Positions 8,671 through 18,700 of a DNA stretch of 64,000 bases are shown here, one piece after another. This DNA comes from Polyangiaceae bacterium. Lineage in GTDB: Bacteria; Myxococcota_A; Polyangia; Polyangiales; Polyangiaceae. Positions within the stretch are counted from its first letter, which is position 1. Every line of letters starts with the position of its first letter. Made by a program: the position numbers and the translations under genes. The stretch is taken from the NCBI GenBank assembly GCA_965222375.1, contig CBDCTZ010000016.1, positions 3,040,001 through 3,104,000 of the forward strand. Reading direction: 5' to 3'. A model generated the notes under the pieces. The model had not been told where the DNA came from. It did no database searches and saw only the letters and a list, made by a program, of their open reading frames with translations.

Positions 8671-9639
8671 CTACCACTTGACGTTCACACTGGGCGGCTG
8701 GATCTCGGCGTCTGCCTGGGCCAGCTCGACCACCACCTTCGCGGTCGTGGAGCCATGCTTCATCTTGTCCAGATCGACGCCGGGTACTTTGCGCAAATTG
8801 ACCCGAGGCACAATTTGATCGGCTCGCAAGGCTCGCACGACCTCCGGGGGCCCGATCACCGTGACGTCCACGGTTCGCGGCGAGGCGATGCCGCCCTGAA
8901 TACCAAGCACTTCCACGGGACGCTTGGGAAAGCGTGCTTCACTCACGCGCCTGGCGATTACCACGCTGACCGTCGCCGTTTTCGGGCCTAGGTAGCTCAT
9001 CCGGTTTGGAGGGGCATCGATGGCGATGGGGCGCCGATACACACCCTTGGTCAGCCCCGAAACGTCGAAAGCCGCGAGGCGTACGAACTGCATCGTCTCG
9101 ACCAGGCTTTGGGGGCCGCGCACAGTCATCTTCTTCGGGTCGACTTCTGGCTCGCCCTTGACCACGTAGCCCGCAGCGGTCTTGCCGGTGATGGAGGCCT
9201 GGACGGGGATGAGACGCGTCACCACGTCTTGCCATTCCAGCTCGATGCTGGGCGGGTCCACGATGGTCAGCTCGACCTCAGGTGGTAGCGAGAACATGCC
9301 GGGTTCGAAAACCACGTTGGTCTTCTGGCCATCTCGAAGGTCGAGTTCCACCGGTGCGACTCCGGCTTGGATCAGTCGATCGATGGCGCGAGTGGAACCG
9401 CGAAGCGTCACGTGAATGCTGACTGGGGGAGGCGTCATCAATTCACGCTTCTCTGCGTCCAGGGGCATGCGCATCACGACGCCGACGGGAATGGTGCGCT
9501 GCTGTCTGTCCTCTTGCCCTCGCTGGTAGGCGAACAGCCCGAGAGCGAAGGTGAAGGCCAAGGCCTTGAGGCCCAGGTTGGACGTGAAGGCGTCCCGGAA
9601 CCAACTTACGATCCACGCCGGTATGTCGGCGATCTTCAC
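8671..9639 (-). CDS. cdaR: CdaR / YbbR-like domain regulator of diadenylate cyclase
   Basis: NLGLKALAF TM, YbbR-type beta repeats (VTLRG, VDPKKMTVRGP, VTVIGP), directly downstream of cdaA. Confidence 0.85.
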   Translation of the reverse strand: MKIADIPAWIVSWFRDAFTSNLGLKALAFTFALGLFAYQRGQEDRQQRTIPVGVVMRMPLDAEKRELMTPPPVSIHVTLRGSTRAIDRLIQAGVAPVELDLRDGQKTNVVFEPGMFSLPPEVELTIVDPPSIELEWQDVVTRLIPVQASITGKTAAGYVVKGEPEVDPKKMTVRGPQSLVETMQFVRLAAFDVSGLTKGVYRRPIAIDAPPNRMSYLGPKTATVSVVIARRVSEARFPKRPVEVLGIQGGIASPRTVDVTVIGPPEVVRALRADQIVPRVNLRKVPGVDLDKMKHGSTTAKVVVELAQADAEIQPPSVNVKW

Positions 9640-10934
9640 GCGTCACCTCCACGCGGCTCCGGGTCACTGCTAGCGGCGGAATCGTCGTCCTCGCCGGTCA
9701 CTGCCGCCAGCTCCGGTGACGCCTGGATCAGCTCCACGGGGCGCGGACCCACCGGAGTCGTGATGGTGGCGGCGCGGCCGGCATTGGGTGTTTCTTCGAC
9801 CACGGAGCGCTGACGCAGGGGTGCGGGAGCCGGCCGCTTGGATTCCGGGGCGTCCTTCGACTCCCCCGAGTCCTTCGAGCGATCCGTATTCGGCTTGATC
9901 TTGGGCCGCACGCTCGTCGGGGGCCGCACGCTGGCGCGGGAAATGGGCGCCGGCTCCTCGACCACCGAACGCTGGCGCAAGGGTGCGGGCGGTTCGCTGT
10001 CCCGTGCTGCGGGTTCGCTCGATGGTGGTTCGGGTTCGGAGACGGGCTCCTCTTCGACGGACTCCCGAGTCGAGGGGGGCACTGCGTCGGCGATCACACT
10101 GGGCAGGGTGGAACGGCGATCCTTCTTCGGCTTCTTGTTCCGGAACTTGGGACTGAAGATCGCTTCCAGCATGGCGCGCAGCTTCGGGCCGTCCAAATTA
10201 CTGGCGATGTTGCCGTTGAAGACGAAGCTGATCGTGCCTCGCTCCTCGCTGACCACGACGACGACTGCGTCGGTCTCTTCGCTGATCCCTATGGCTGCAC
10301 GGTGCCGAGAACCGAAGCTCGCGTCCATGACCTTGCCCTCGGGCATGGGGAAGAAGACTCCGGCTTTGGCCACGCGCAAGTTTCGCAGAATGACGGCACC
10401 GTCATGGAGCTGGTTCATGGCTTCGGGAATGAACAGGCTGACCAGGAGCTCTTTGGTCACGACCGCGTCGATGTTGTGCCCCTTGTTGGTGCCAACGAAT
10501 TCGTCGAGGTTTGCCTCTTGCTCGAAAGTGATGATGGCGCCGATGCGGTGGCGGGCGAGTTCCGTAGCCGCTTCCACGACTTCGTCGATCACTTTGGATT
10601 CTCGCGCTCGGGACATCCCGGAGAGCCATGCGCGGCTGCCGACCCGCATCAGGCCGCGTCGAATGTCGTTCTGAAAAACGACCACGATCACCAAGATGAT
10701 GCTCGAAATCAGCGCCCCGAGGATGCTGACGACGGTAACCAGCTGAAGCCACTGGGCAACGAGGTAAAACAGGAACACCATCGCCAGGCCGACGCCGACC
10801 TGCATCGCGCGGGTGCCGCGCAGCACCAGAAGTGCGCGATAGATCACGTAGTAGACGAGTAAGACGTCGAGGGCGTCTCGGGCCAATTGCGCGGGGCTGC
10901 GCTCGGCCAGATTGGAAAGGAGGCGCTCAAGCAC
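9636..10934 (-). CDS. cdaA: diadenylate cyclase CdaA with long disordered C-terminal tail
   Basis: Three TMs, LRGTRAMQ, LHDGAVI, GSRHRAAIGISEETDAVVVVVSEERG; GTG start overlaps folP stop. Confidence 0.92.
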   Translation of the reverse strand: MLERLLSNLAERSPAQLARDALDVLLVYYVIYRALLVLRGTRAMQVGVGLAMVFLFYLVAQWLQLVTVVSILGALISSIILVIVVVFQNDIRRGLMRVGSRAWLSGMSRARESKVIDEVVEAATELARHRIGAIITFEQEANLDEFVGTNKGHNIDAVVTKELLVSLFIPEAMNQLHDGAVILRNLRVAKAGVFFPMPEGKVMDASFGSRHRAAIGISEETDAVVVVVSEERGTISFVFNGNIASNLDGPKLRAMLEAIFSPKFRNKKPKKDRRSTLPSVIADAVPPSTRESVEEEPVSEPEPPSSEPAARDSEPPAPLRQRSVVEEPAPISRASVRPPTSVRPKIKPNTDRSKDSGESKDAPESKRPAPAPLRQRSVVEETPNAGRAATITTPVGPRPVELIQASPELAAVTGEDDDSAASSDPEPRGGDA

Positions 10935-11796
10935 GGATGGGCTCCTCCTGCATCGTACCGTGGGCGATGGCGTGCCGCACGCCGAGGGCTTGTCGTATGG
11001 CCAACACGTCGTGCACGCGGAGCACTCGCGCGCCCCGCGCTGCCGCTTCCAGACACGCCGCCACCGTGCCGCCCAAGCGCTCAGACGGCGTGGCCCCGTC
11101 CAACGCTGCAATGAACGACTTTCGGCTCGGCCCGACCACCAGCGTGCCCAGATCGGCCAATTCATCCAAGCGCGACAGCAGCTCGAAGGAGTGCCGTGCG
11201 TTCTTGGCGAAGCCGATTCCGGGGTCGAACCAGCAGCTTGCACTGGGCACGCCCTGCGCCACCGCTCGATCGCGAGCCGCGCGCCACTCGGTGGCCACGT
11301 CCAGCACCACGTCCTGGTAGCCGTCTTGCGGATAGGCCGAAAAGCCGGGCATTTTACTCATATCGCCGCGGCTGTGCATGATGATGAGCTTGGCGGAGTG
11401 GCGCGCGGCCACCCTGGCCAGCTCGTCTTCTGCCAGGCACGACACGTCATTGACGATCTGGGCACCGCGCTCCAGAGCGTAGCTAGCCACCGCGGGCAGG
11501 GTGGTATCGATGCTCACGATGGCGCCCCGGCGAAGGGCGTGCTCCAGAGCGGGACCGACCCGACGGATCTGTTCCTGGGCTGGCACCCTCTCGGCGCCTG
11601 GCCGTGTGGATTCGCCGCCGATGTCGATGATCTCAGCGCCCTCGTGCAAGAGCTGATCGACTCGCTTGGCTGCCGCTTCCTTGGCGAGGTACTGACCGCC
11701 GTCCGAAAAGGAGTCCGGCGTGGTGTTGAGGACACCCATCAACACGATACGCGCGGAGGCCCCCTTCGCAGCCATCACCGTATCAACAGACCCCAC
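10927..11796 (-). CDS. folP: dihydropteroate synthase
   Basis: MGVLNTTPDSFSDGG, IIDIGGESTRPGA, DPGIGFAK, SRKSFI, LRVHDV. Confidence 0.95.
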   Translation of the reverse strand: MGSVDTVMAAKGASARIVLMGVLNTTPDSFSDGGQYLAKEAAAKRVDQLLHEGAEIIDIGGESTRPGAERVPAQEQIRRVGPALEHALRRGAIVSIDTTLPAVASYALERGAQIVNDVSCLAEDELARVAARHSAKLIIMHSRGDMSKMPGFSAYPQDGYQDVVLDVATEWRAARDRAVAQGVPSASCWFDPGIGFAKNARHSFELLSRLDELADLGTLVVGPSRKSFIAALDGATPSERLGGTVAACLEAAARGARVLRVHDVLAIRQALGVRHAIAHGTMQEEPIRA

Positions 11797-11942
11797 CGTC
11801 TTCCGGTAGCAAGAGCCGGGCCGACAAGCAAGAACTTGGGGAAAAATCGCTACTTTTGCGTTTGACCGCCGGTTTGTCGTTGCCGCCGCCAGAGGGAAGG
11901 GATTAGCGTGGTGCGCAGGAAGCGCCCGTCTGGCGTAGCGCC

Positions 11943-13754
11943 ATGCTGCGAACGCGCGTCAAAGCCGGCCCGGTACCGGGCCTTGTCATGAGCCTGCTGT
12001 TCGCGGTGTTTCTCACCGCCGTGCACGTTGGCGATCACTATGTGTCGTTGTGGGCCCCCGCCATGGGCGTCGCCACGCCGGTGACCTTGCGGGTTCCCTT
12101 CGGCCCCCGGCTTACCCAGGATCAGCGCTCCGGCCGTGCAGATCTACGCCACGCCCACGGCCGCACCGTGGTGCCTCGGGGTACGATCCTGCGCACCGAG
12201 TCTTCCGTGCATTGGACCGCGTACCTATACGACTCGGTTCGCCGCCCACCCAGAATCGCCGGTCTCGCAGGGGTCTTTGCCATCTTCTTCACCTTGGCGA
12301 TGGCCTTGACGGCGTATCTGCGGAACTTCGGCCAAAGTCGGCTCCGGCTCTTGCGCGCGCAGGTCGGCCTGCTGACGATGATGGGGCTCATCGCCGGCGT
12401 GGCCAAAGCGATCCTGCTCTTTACGGCACTGCCCGAGTTCTGGATCCCGGCGGCAGCCGTTCCGTTGTGGATCGCGTCCAGCTACGACCGTCGAACCGCA
12501 TTCTTGGTGGCGGTCGTGATGGCGTTCGTGATCGCGGCGCTGCTCGATCTCGACCTGGTCTTCCTCTGCGTGCTGTTGGCGCGAGGCATGAGCGCCACCC
12601 TGCTCTACTTCGACCGCAAACACGCCCGGTCCATGGTTCTTTCCGGGGCTCTGGGCGGGCTGGCCGCCGCTTTGGTCTTCGTGGCGATCGTGGTCACCTT
12701 CGAGGGGCGTTACGACCTGCTCGCAGATCTGATGCGGCCGATGGAGTCACCGATCTTGGGCTGCCTCGGCGGCGGCTTGTTGGGCGGCGTTCTCGGCGCC
12801 TTGGGTCGTGCTCTGGTCTCCCGCGCTTTCGGAGAAGTACCGCGGGACCGTCTCGTCGACCTGTCGGATCTGGAGCAGCCGCTGTTGGTCAAGCTGAGTA
12901 AGGAAGCGCCAGGCACCTATGAGCACTCCCGGGCCATGGCCAATCTGGCGGAGCAAGCCGCCAGCGCCATTGGCACCAATGCGCTCTTGACCCGCGTTGG
13001 TGCCTACTACCACGACCTCGGAAAAACCGCGCAAGCCAAGTACTTCGTGGAAAACCTGAGCCCTGATGATCGCTCGCCCCACGACGAGTTGGATCCAGAG
13101 GTCAGCGCCGACGCGATCATGGCCCACGTCGTGTTGGGCACGAAGATCCTACGCGATGGTGGCGTGCCGGAGCCCGTCGTCGAGTTCGCCTACACCCACC
13201 ACGGAACTCAAACCGTGGAGTTCTTCTGGAACCGCTGTCTGCAAAGCGGCAATCCCAAAGAGCTGACCGAAGACGCCTTCCGCTATCCCGGCATGAAGCC
13301 CCAGACGAAGGAAACCGCGATCGTCATGCTGGTGGACTCCATCGAAGCGGCGTCCCGCACCATCGATCCGCCGGAACGCAGCTCCTTCGAGCACATGGTG
13401 CAGCGCGTCGTCTTCACCAAGCTGGCCACGGGCCAGCTAGACGAATCCGGTCTCGAGATGCCGGACCTGCGCGTGATTGTCACGCGCATGGTCGACACCC
13501 TGGTCAACATGCACCACCACCGCATCAAGTATCAGTGGCAGGCCAAGCGAGCCGAAGAGTTCGGCGTGCCGGCAACGGCAGTGCGCGACTCGGTGCCGGA
13601 CATCGAGATCCACCGATCTGCGACCGAGCATCCATCGGAAGCCCCGCCGCCTTCCACGGAACCTGGGACGGCGGAGACGGGTGTGCGGGCTGCACCCCTG
13701 CCCGACGTGGTTCCTGTAGACCCGCCTAGCGCGGCCAAGGAGGAGAGCTCTTGA
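11943..13754 (+). CDS. 7TM-HD (HDIG) phosphohydrolase, PgpH-like
   Basis: Multi-TM region then APGTYEHS, GAYYHDLGK, FVEN, THHGT, FRYPGMKPQTKE, DSIEAASR. Confidence 0.88.
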   Translation: MLRTRVKAGPVPGLVMSLLFAVFLTAVHVGDHYVSLWAPAMGVATPVTLRVPFGPRLTQDQRSGRADLRHAHGRTVVPRGTILRTESSVHWTAYLYDSVRRPPRIAGLAGVFAIFFTLAMALTAYLRNFGQSRLRLLRAQVGLLTMMGLIAGVAKAILLFTALPEFWIPAAAVPLWIASSYDRRTAFLVAVVMAFVIAALLDLDLVFLCVLLARGMSATLLYFDRKHARSMVLSGALGGLAAALVFVAIVVTFEGRYDLLADLMRPMESPILGCLGGGLLGGVLGALGRALVSRAFGEVPRDRLVDLSDLEQPLLVKLSKEAPGTYEHSRAMANLAEQAASAIGTNALLTRVGAYYHDLGKTAQAKYFVENLSPDDRSPHDELDPEVSADAIMAHVVLGTKILRDGGVPEPVVEFAYTHHGTQTVEFFWNRCLQSGNPKELTEDAFRYPGMKPQTKETAIVMLVDSIEAASRTIDPPERSSFEHMVQRVVFTKLATGQLDESGLEMPDLRVIVTRMVDTLVNMHHHRIKYQWQAKRAEEFGVPATAVRDSVPDIEIHRSATEHPSEAPPPSTEPGTAETGVRAAPLPDVVPVDPPSAAKEESS

Positions 13755-15466
13755 GTCGCGAACAGAGCTTCATGAAGGCGGCGTTCTTCGGCGTCGTCGC
13801 CGAAGATCTCATCTTCCCGTATCCGACCCTCCCCGACGCTGAAGCCAAGACCGTGCACGAGCTGTCGGCAGGCATCACGCGCGCTCTCGAACCGTCCGAC
13901 CCCGCGGAAATCGATCGAAGTCGCGAAATCCCCGAACCGGTGCTCGAGTCGCTGCGAAAGGCGGGTGCTTTTGGCACTTACATGTCCAAAGATGTTGGCG
14001 GTGCCGGCTTGAGCGTTCTGGGCGCCACACGAATCGCCCAGGATGTCGCGGAGCACAACCCAGCTATCGCCCTGATGCTCTTGACCCACGGCGCCATGGC
14101 CGCTCGCGCCATTGGGCTCTACGGCACGGACGAGCAGCGCAAACGCTACCTGCCCGATCTCGCCAGTGGTCGCATCTCGTCGGCGTTCGCTTTGACGGAA
14201 CATGCTTCCGGCTCAGACGCGGCCACGACGCGCACCCAGGCCATGCGAGACGGATCTTCCAAGGGTTACGTCCTCGACGGCGAAAAATCCTGGGTCAGCA
14301 ACGGTGGACGTGCCGGCTTGTACACGGTTTTTGCACGCACAAATCGCGCGGATGAGGGCCACAAACCCGCTCTGACGGCCTTCGTCGTGCCACGGGGCGA
14401 AGGCGTCAGTGTGGGTGAGCACCACCGAACGTTGGGTGTGCGCGGCCTAGGGGTGACGCCAGTGCGGTTCGAAGGTGTTGCGCTCTCGGACGACCAAGTG
14501 ATCGGTGACGTGGGCAAGGGCTACCGCGTGGCCATGGCCGTGTTGAACGACGCTCGCATCGCGCTGGCGGCGGTCAGCTTCGGGCAGGCCCGTTCCCTCT
14601 TGAACAAGATTGTCCATCACGTCGAGCATCGCCGAAGCTTCGGTCGCGCCATCGGCGAGTTCCCCATCATCAAGGACAAGGTCGCGAAGATGATGGCGGA
14701 GTGTTACGCCGTCGAGTCCATGGTGTACCTCACGGCGGGGCTTGCCGACCGCAATGTCGAGGACTACTCCTTGGAGAGCGCCATCTGCCGCGTGGCAAGC
14801 GTCGAGTCCCTCTGGCGAGTCGTGAATGAAGCGCTGCAGGTGGTTGCTGGCCGTGGCTACGTCGAGGGTGGCGGATTCGAGCGTGCGCTGCGGGATGCCC
14901 GGGCCGGCTTCGTCTTCGACGGGACCAACGAGACCTTGCGTTGCTTCATCGCGCTATCCGGTTTGCGGGGCCCCGGCGAGCGCATGGAAATGGACAGCGC
15001 CCTGCTCGAGCCCCTCAAGGGCTTCGGTCTGCTGCGCCGTTTTGCTCCCCAGAAGCTACGCGAAGCCTTGCGCCGCGAGCGGGTTGCCAAGGCTCATCCC
15101 CTGCTCAGCCGAGAGTCGGTGTTCTTCGAAGAGGCCGTGACGGAGTTTCACGCCGCCGCCACCCGGGCGCTTAAGGAGCACGGTCGCGAAATCGCGGAGA
15201 TGCAGTACACCCAGAAACGCTTGGCCAATGTTGCCATAGACCTTTACGCTCTGGCCGCGTGCCTATCCCGCACCAGCATGGCCATCGAGAGCCGGGGCGA
15301 AAGCGGCGCGCGGCGTCAGATCGATCTGACCACGATGTTCGCGTCCGGCGCTCAATCCCGGATGCGCGCGCACCTGAGGCGCTCCGAGCACAACGACGAC
15401 GAACTCCGCAAGTTGATTGCCGCGCGCACCTACACCGACGGCGGCTACCCCTTCGACGTGATTTGA
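13751..15466 (+). CDS. acyl-CoA dehydrogenase (long, VLCAD/ACAD9-like)
   Basis: AFALTEHASGSDA, LDGEKSWVSNG, RRSFGRAIGEF, FDGTNETLR. Confidence 0.9.
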   Translation: MSREQSFMKAAFFGVVAEDLIFPYPTLPDAEAKTVHELSAGITRALEPSDPAEIDRSREIPEPVLESLRKAGAFGTYMSKDVGGAGLSVLGATRIAQDVAEHNPAIALMLLTHGAMAARAIGLYGTDEQRKRYLPDLASGRISSAFALTEHASGSDAATTRTQAMRDGSSKGYVLDGEKSWVSNGGRAGLYTVFARTNRADEGHKPALTAFVVPRGEGVSVGEHHRTLGVRGLGVTPVRFEGVALSDDQVIGDVGKGYRVAMAVLNDARIALAAVSFGQARSLLNKIVHHVEHRRSFGRAIGEFPIIKDKVAKMMAECYAVESMVYLTAGLADRNVEDYSLESAICRVASVESLWRVVNEALQVVAGRGYVEGGGFERALRDARAGFVFDGTNETLRCFIALSGLRGPGERMEMDSALLEPLKGFGLLRRFAPQKLREALRRERVAKAHPLLSRESVFFEEAVTEFHAAATRALKEHGREIAEMQYTQKRLANVAIDLYALAACLSRTSMAIESRGESGARRQIDLTTMFASGAQSRMRAHLRRSEHNDDELRKLIAARTYTDGGYPFDVI

Positions 15467-15478
15467 AGTGGAGGGTTG

Positions 15479-16123
15479 CTACTCGAACACACGAGCGACC
15501 GGGATGAGCAGATCCGGGAACGCCTGCGGAGACAGAGTCTCGCTTTCAGGGTGCGTGCTGACGCTGCGGTAGTGGCCCGCCTCGGGATCGCGGTACACCT
15601 CGATGACCTGGCGGTTCGTGTCGACGATCCAGTACTCCCGGAAGCCCGACGCGGCGTAGAGGGGAGCCTTGACCTTGCGGTCCTTGTCTAGGGAGGTATT
15701 GGCGACCTCGATGACCAGCTGCGCGCGCGAGGGATGCTCTGTCCGATAGTCGCCCTGGGGCACGACCGCGACGTCCGGCTGGGGTTCCGACTCGTCGGCG
15801 GCGATGAGGGGCGCCTGGATGCGGATCCGAGCCCGACTGGCAAGGGCCTGCACCAGGATCACATTGAGTCGGTCAATGGGATTCGTGTGCGCGGCATCGA
15901 TGGGGCTCATCTCGACAAGCACCCCGTAAAGCAGCTCGATGCGCTCGTCTTCGAACGCGCCGGAGGCGACGAGCTGGTCATATTCGACTCGTCGCAGCTT
16001 GCGGGGCCGCTCGGGCAGCAGGAGATCCGTATCCAGCACGAATCGCAGCTTAGCATGTGGCGGCAGGGCTGCCCTGACGCGAACGGCAGAAGGATCCAGG
16101 TCGTAGTCATTGCTATTCGCCAT
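15479..16123 (-). CDS. Uma2 family (DUF820) endonuclease, copy 1
   Basis: RIELLYGVLVEMSP..H, SEPQPDVAVV, LVIEVANTSLDKDRKVKAPLYAASGFREYWIVD; start set at the ATG shared with copy 2. Confidence 0.88.
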   Translation of the reverse strand: MANSNDYDLDPSAVRVRAALPPHAKLRFVLDTDLLLPERPRKLRRVEYDQLVASGAFEDERIELLYGVLVEMSPIDAAHTNPIDRLNVILVQALASRARIRIQAPLIAADESEPQPDVAVVPQGDYRTEHPSRAQLVIEVANTSLDKDRKVKAPLYAASGFREYWIVDTNRQVIEVYRDPEAGHYRSVSTHPESETLSPQAFPDLLIPVARVFE

Positions 16124-16520
16124 GGCGTTCAGTCCGCGCAAGATCGGTGGCCGCACGAGAGTGTCCTGGCACGCGGTATCCGGGCATGGGAGCATCTCGG
16201 TCAGAGCACCGCTCGAGTTGCGTGGTATCTGTGCGACGAGGAAATCGGATGACGACGGAGCTGTGGAAGCTGCCGTGGTTGCCAACCCTCATCCGAGAAT
16301 CGTCACGCCAGTGCTTCGTGCGCGCCCGCGCCCAGAAACCTGTCAAGAAGATTCGTGGCCCGTCGACCTCCTAGGCAGTTAGGAGCCCCCGCATAGTGCT
16401 CGGAAGTGGCGACTCCGACGAAGACGTCTGCCGCCAGCGGATTGATGAAACGAGGTGGCAGTGAGGGGCCGCACCGACTCGAGGGGGGACTTGCGCTGCG
16501 CACTCGCGCTTCGGCGGTCG

Positions 16521-17165
16521 CTACTCGAACACTCGAGCGACCGGGATGCGCAGATCCGGGAACGCCTGCGGAGACAAAGTCTTGGTTTCAGTGTGCGTGC
16601 TGATGCTGCGGTAGTGGCCCGCTTCGGGATCGCGGTACACCTCGATGACCTGGCGGTTCGTGTCGACGATCCAGTACTCCCGGAAGCCCGACGCGGCGTA
16701 GAGGGGCGCCTTGACCTTGCGGTCCTTGTCTAGGGAGGTATTGGCGACCTCGATGACCAGTTCTGCGCGCGAGGGATGCTCTGTCCGATAGTCGCCCTGG
16801 GGCACGACCGCGACGTCCGGCTGGGGTTCCGACTCGTCGGCGGCGATGAGGGGCAGTTGGATACGTATCCGTGCCCGGCTGGCCAGCGCCTGGATGAGAA
16901 TCACCGCCAGCCGATCGATGGGATTCGCGTGGGCGGCATCGATGGGGCTCATCTCGACGAGCACCCCGTGGAGCAGCTCGACGCGCTCGTCCTCGAACGC
17001 GCCGGAGGCGACGAGCTGGTCATATTCGACTCGTCGCAGCTTGCGGGGCCGCTCGGGCAGCAGGAGATCCGTATCCAGCACGAATCGCAGCTTAGCATTT
17101 GGCGGCAGGGCTGCCTTGACGCGAGCCAGTGGGGGATCCAATTCGTAGTCATTGCTATGCGCCAT
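16521..17165 (-). CDS. Uma2 family (DUF820) endonuclease, copy 2
   Basis: Near-identical tandem paralog of 15479-16123. Confidence 0.88.
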   Translation of the reverse strand: MAHSNDYELDPPLARVKAALPPNAKLRFVLDTDLLLPERPRKLRRVEYDQLVASGAFEDERVELLHGVLVEMSPIDAAHANPIDRLAVILIQALASRARIRIQLPLIAADESEPQPDVAVVPQGDYRTEHPSRAELVIEVANTSLDKDRKVKAPLYAASGFREYWIVDTNRQVIEVYRDPEAGHYRSISTHTETKTLSPQAFPDLRIPVARVFE

Positions 17166-17349
17166 GGCGTTCAGTCCGCGCAAGGTCGGCGGCGCTATCG
17201 AGAGTGTCCCGGCATGCGGTATTCGGGCATGGGAGGATTTCGGTCAGGGCGCCGCTCGAGTTGCGTGGTATCTGTACGACAAGGGGAGCACTGCGGATAG
17301 ACTCGGGAGCCGGGCGCCGCGGTGACGTCGATGAGGACTAGGAACCAAA

Positions 17350-18180
17350 ATGCTTGCCGTTAGTGAGAAATACACCCGCGATGTCGCGGTTCAGGCGCTC
17401 GCCGGCGCCGAGCCGACGCTCACGCTGGCCGATGGTCAGTTCGAAATACTCGACGACTACGTGCTGTGCTTCTTCGAGACAGCCGAGCACGGCTCTCAGC
17501 TCGTCGGCCCGCGGGAATTCAAATGGGTCCCGAGCCGCCTAGACTACGAACCCGAGGGTGAACTTCCATTTCTTCCGAGCCTGGTGTGGCAAGTTTTGGG
17601 TCACCGTGACGCTTATTGCTGCGTGATTAAGCAGCACCATCTATTCGTGCGGCGATCACCCAGTGCTCCGTTTGTATATTTCGGCCGATGTTATTTGGGC
17701 AGACATGGTGACGACGCGGGTGGCAAGTTCGCCATGTTCTCGTTGGGGAAGTTGCCACGGGATCTGGTGCTGGAATTCGGGGCGAGCGACCATTGGGAGG
17801 TCGAGGTCGACCATGATGAGCCCCATGAGGTCGCGATAGGGGATGTGCCGACGCTGCGACGGCTTCTGCAGGGCCTCGAAGGACAACAGCCCGCTCAGGT
17901 CGCGATGACGCGCTACGACGGCGATAGTCTGAGCATTCACACGAATGCCACACGGGCTTGGTTGATGTTTCTTCGCTACGACTCCAGTTCCGGGTTGTAT
18001 CCGGATACCCCAAACCTGCCTGATCCGGATCGCATCGAAACCTTCGAATGTTTCTGCGACGGTGCTGTGGAGTTCCCCGCTAAGAACACAGTGCGGCGCG
18101 CTGATGCTGCCGCCATTGCCGAGGAGTTCTTCTCGAGCGGTGCGCTGCCAGCATCGGTCTCTTGGACCGAGGATTGCTGA
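17350..18180 (+). CDS. hypothetical protein; DUF3427-like N-part and Imm1-like immunity C-part
   Basis: HLFVRR..PFVYFG motif; C-terminus AWLMFLR..EFPAKNTV..AAAIAEEFFSSGALPASVSW resembles Imm1. Confidence 0.6.
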   Translation: MLAVSEKYTRDVAVQALAGAEPTLTLADGQFEILDDYVLCFFETAEHGSQLVGPREFKWVPSRLDYEPEGELPFLPSLVWQVLGHRDAYCCVIKQHHLFVRRSPSAPFVYFGRCYLGRHGDDAGGKFAMFSLGKLPRDLVLEFGASDHWEVEVDHDEPHEVAIGDVPTLRRLLQGLEGQQPAQVAMTRYDGDSLSIHTNATRAWLMFLRYDSSSGLYPDTPNLPDPDRIETFECFCDGAVEFPAKNTVRRADAAAIAEEFFSSGALPASVSWTEDC

Positions 18181-18418
18181 GGGCGGCTCTGGTGGGTGGC
18201 CGAGCGCGCGGTGACGGCACCGCCGTGCTGGGGGAGAGTAGTTACCCACCCGGCTTCGCCGGACCCACATCGAAGGAAACGCTCGAATTCCAGGTCACCC
18301 TCAACCCAGCCGCCTAGCTAGAGGGCCCTTCTGTTTCTGCCTAGGGGCTCATGCCGTCCAGGGCTTGCATCTCGGCCAAGTCCGAGGCTGGTTGGACTCG
18401 TGCCAGTCACGTCGTGGC

Positions 18419-18700
18419 TCAATCGCCAGGACGCACGCGCGGCAGCTGGCCGCGGCGTCGCATCAGATTGCACTTTGGACAACCGCCTCCGCGGCGGGCG
18501 CGGTTGCGGATGGGAGCACGCCAGCTGTGGCCGCGCTCACAGCGCCACCAGACCTTGCGTATCAAGCCGGAGGTCACGTGCTCGGGAGTGAGCTTGCCGT
18601 TCCTGGTGGGGTGCCACTGAGCAGCGACGTGGGGTGAGACCGTGGCGAGGCAGTGCCACTCGGCGAGCAACCGCGGTTGGCCGGCCACGGTGGGCGAAGC
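18419..18700 (-). pseudogene. zinc-ribbon (DUF4379-like) domain remnant
   Basis: LATVSPHVAAQWHPTRNGKLTP..KVWWRCERGHSW..R..GCPKC; no credible start, degenerate flanks. Confidence 0.65.

Larger units (their letters stand above)
15478..17282. repeat. direct duplication of a ~760 bp unit (15478-16240 and 16520-17282)
   Basis: High nucleotide identity over the Uma2 gene plus ~115 bp upstream. Confidence 0.9.

Noticed and set aside
18191..18292. Superficial tRNA-Ser-like 5' sequence (GGTGGGTGGCCGAG)
   Set aside because: No cloverleaf, no GTTCRA T-loop and no acceptor stem with CCA; reported only as a generic structured element.
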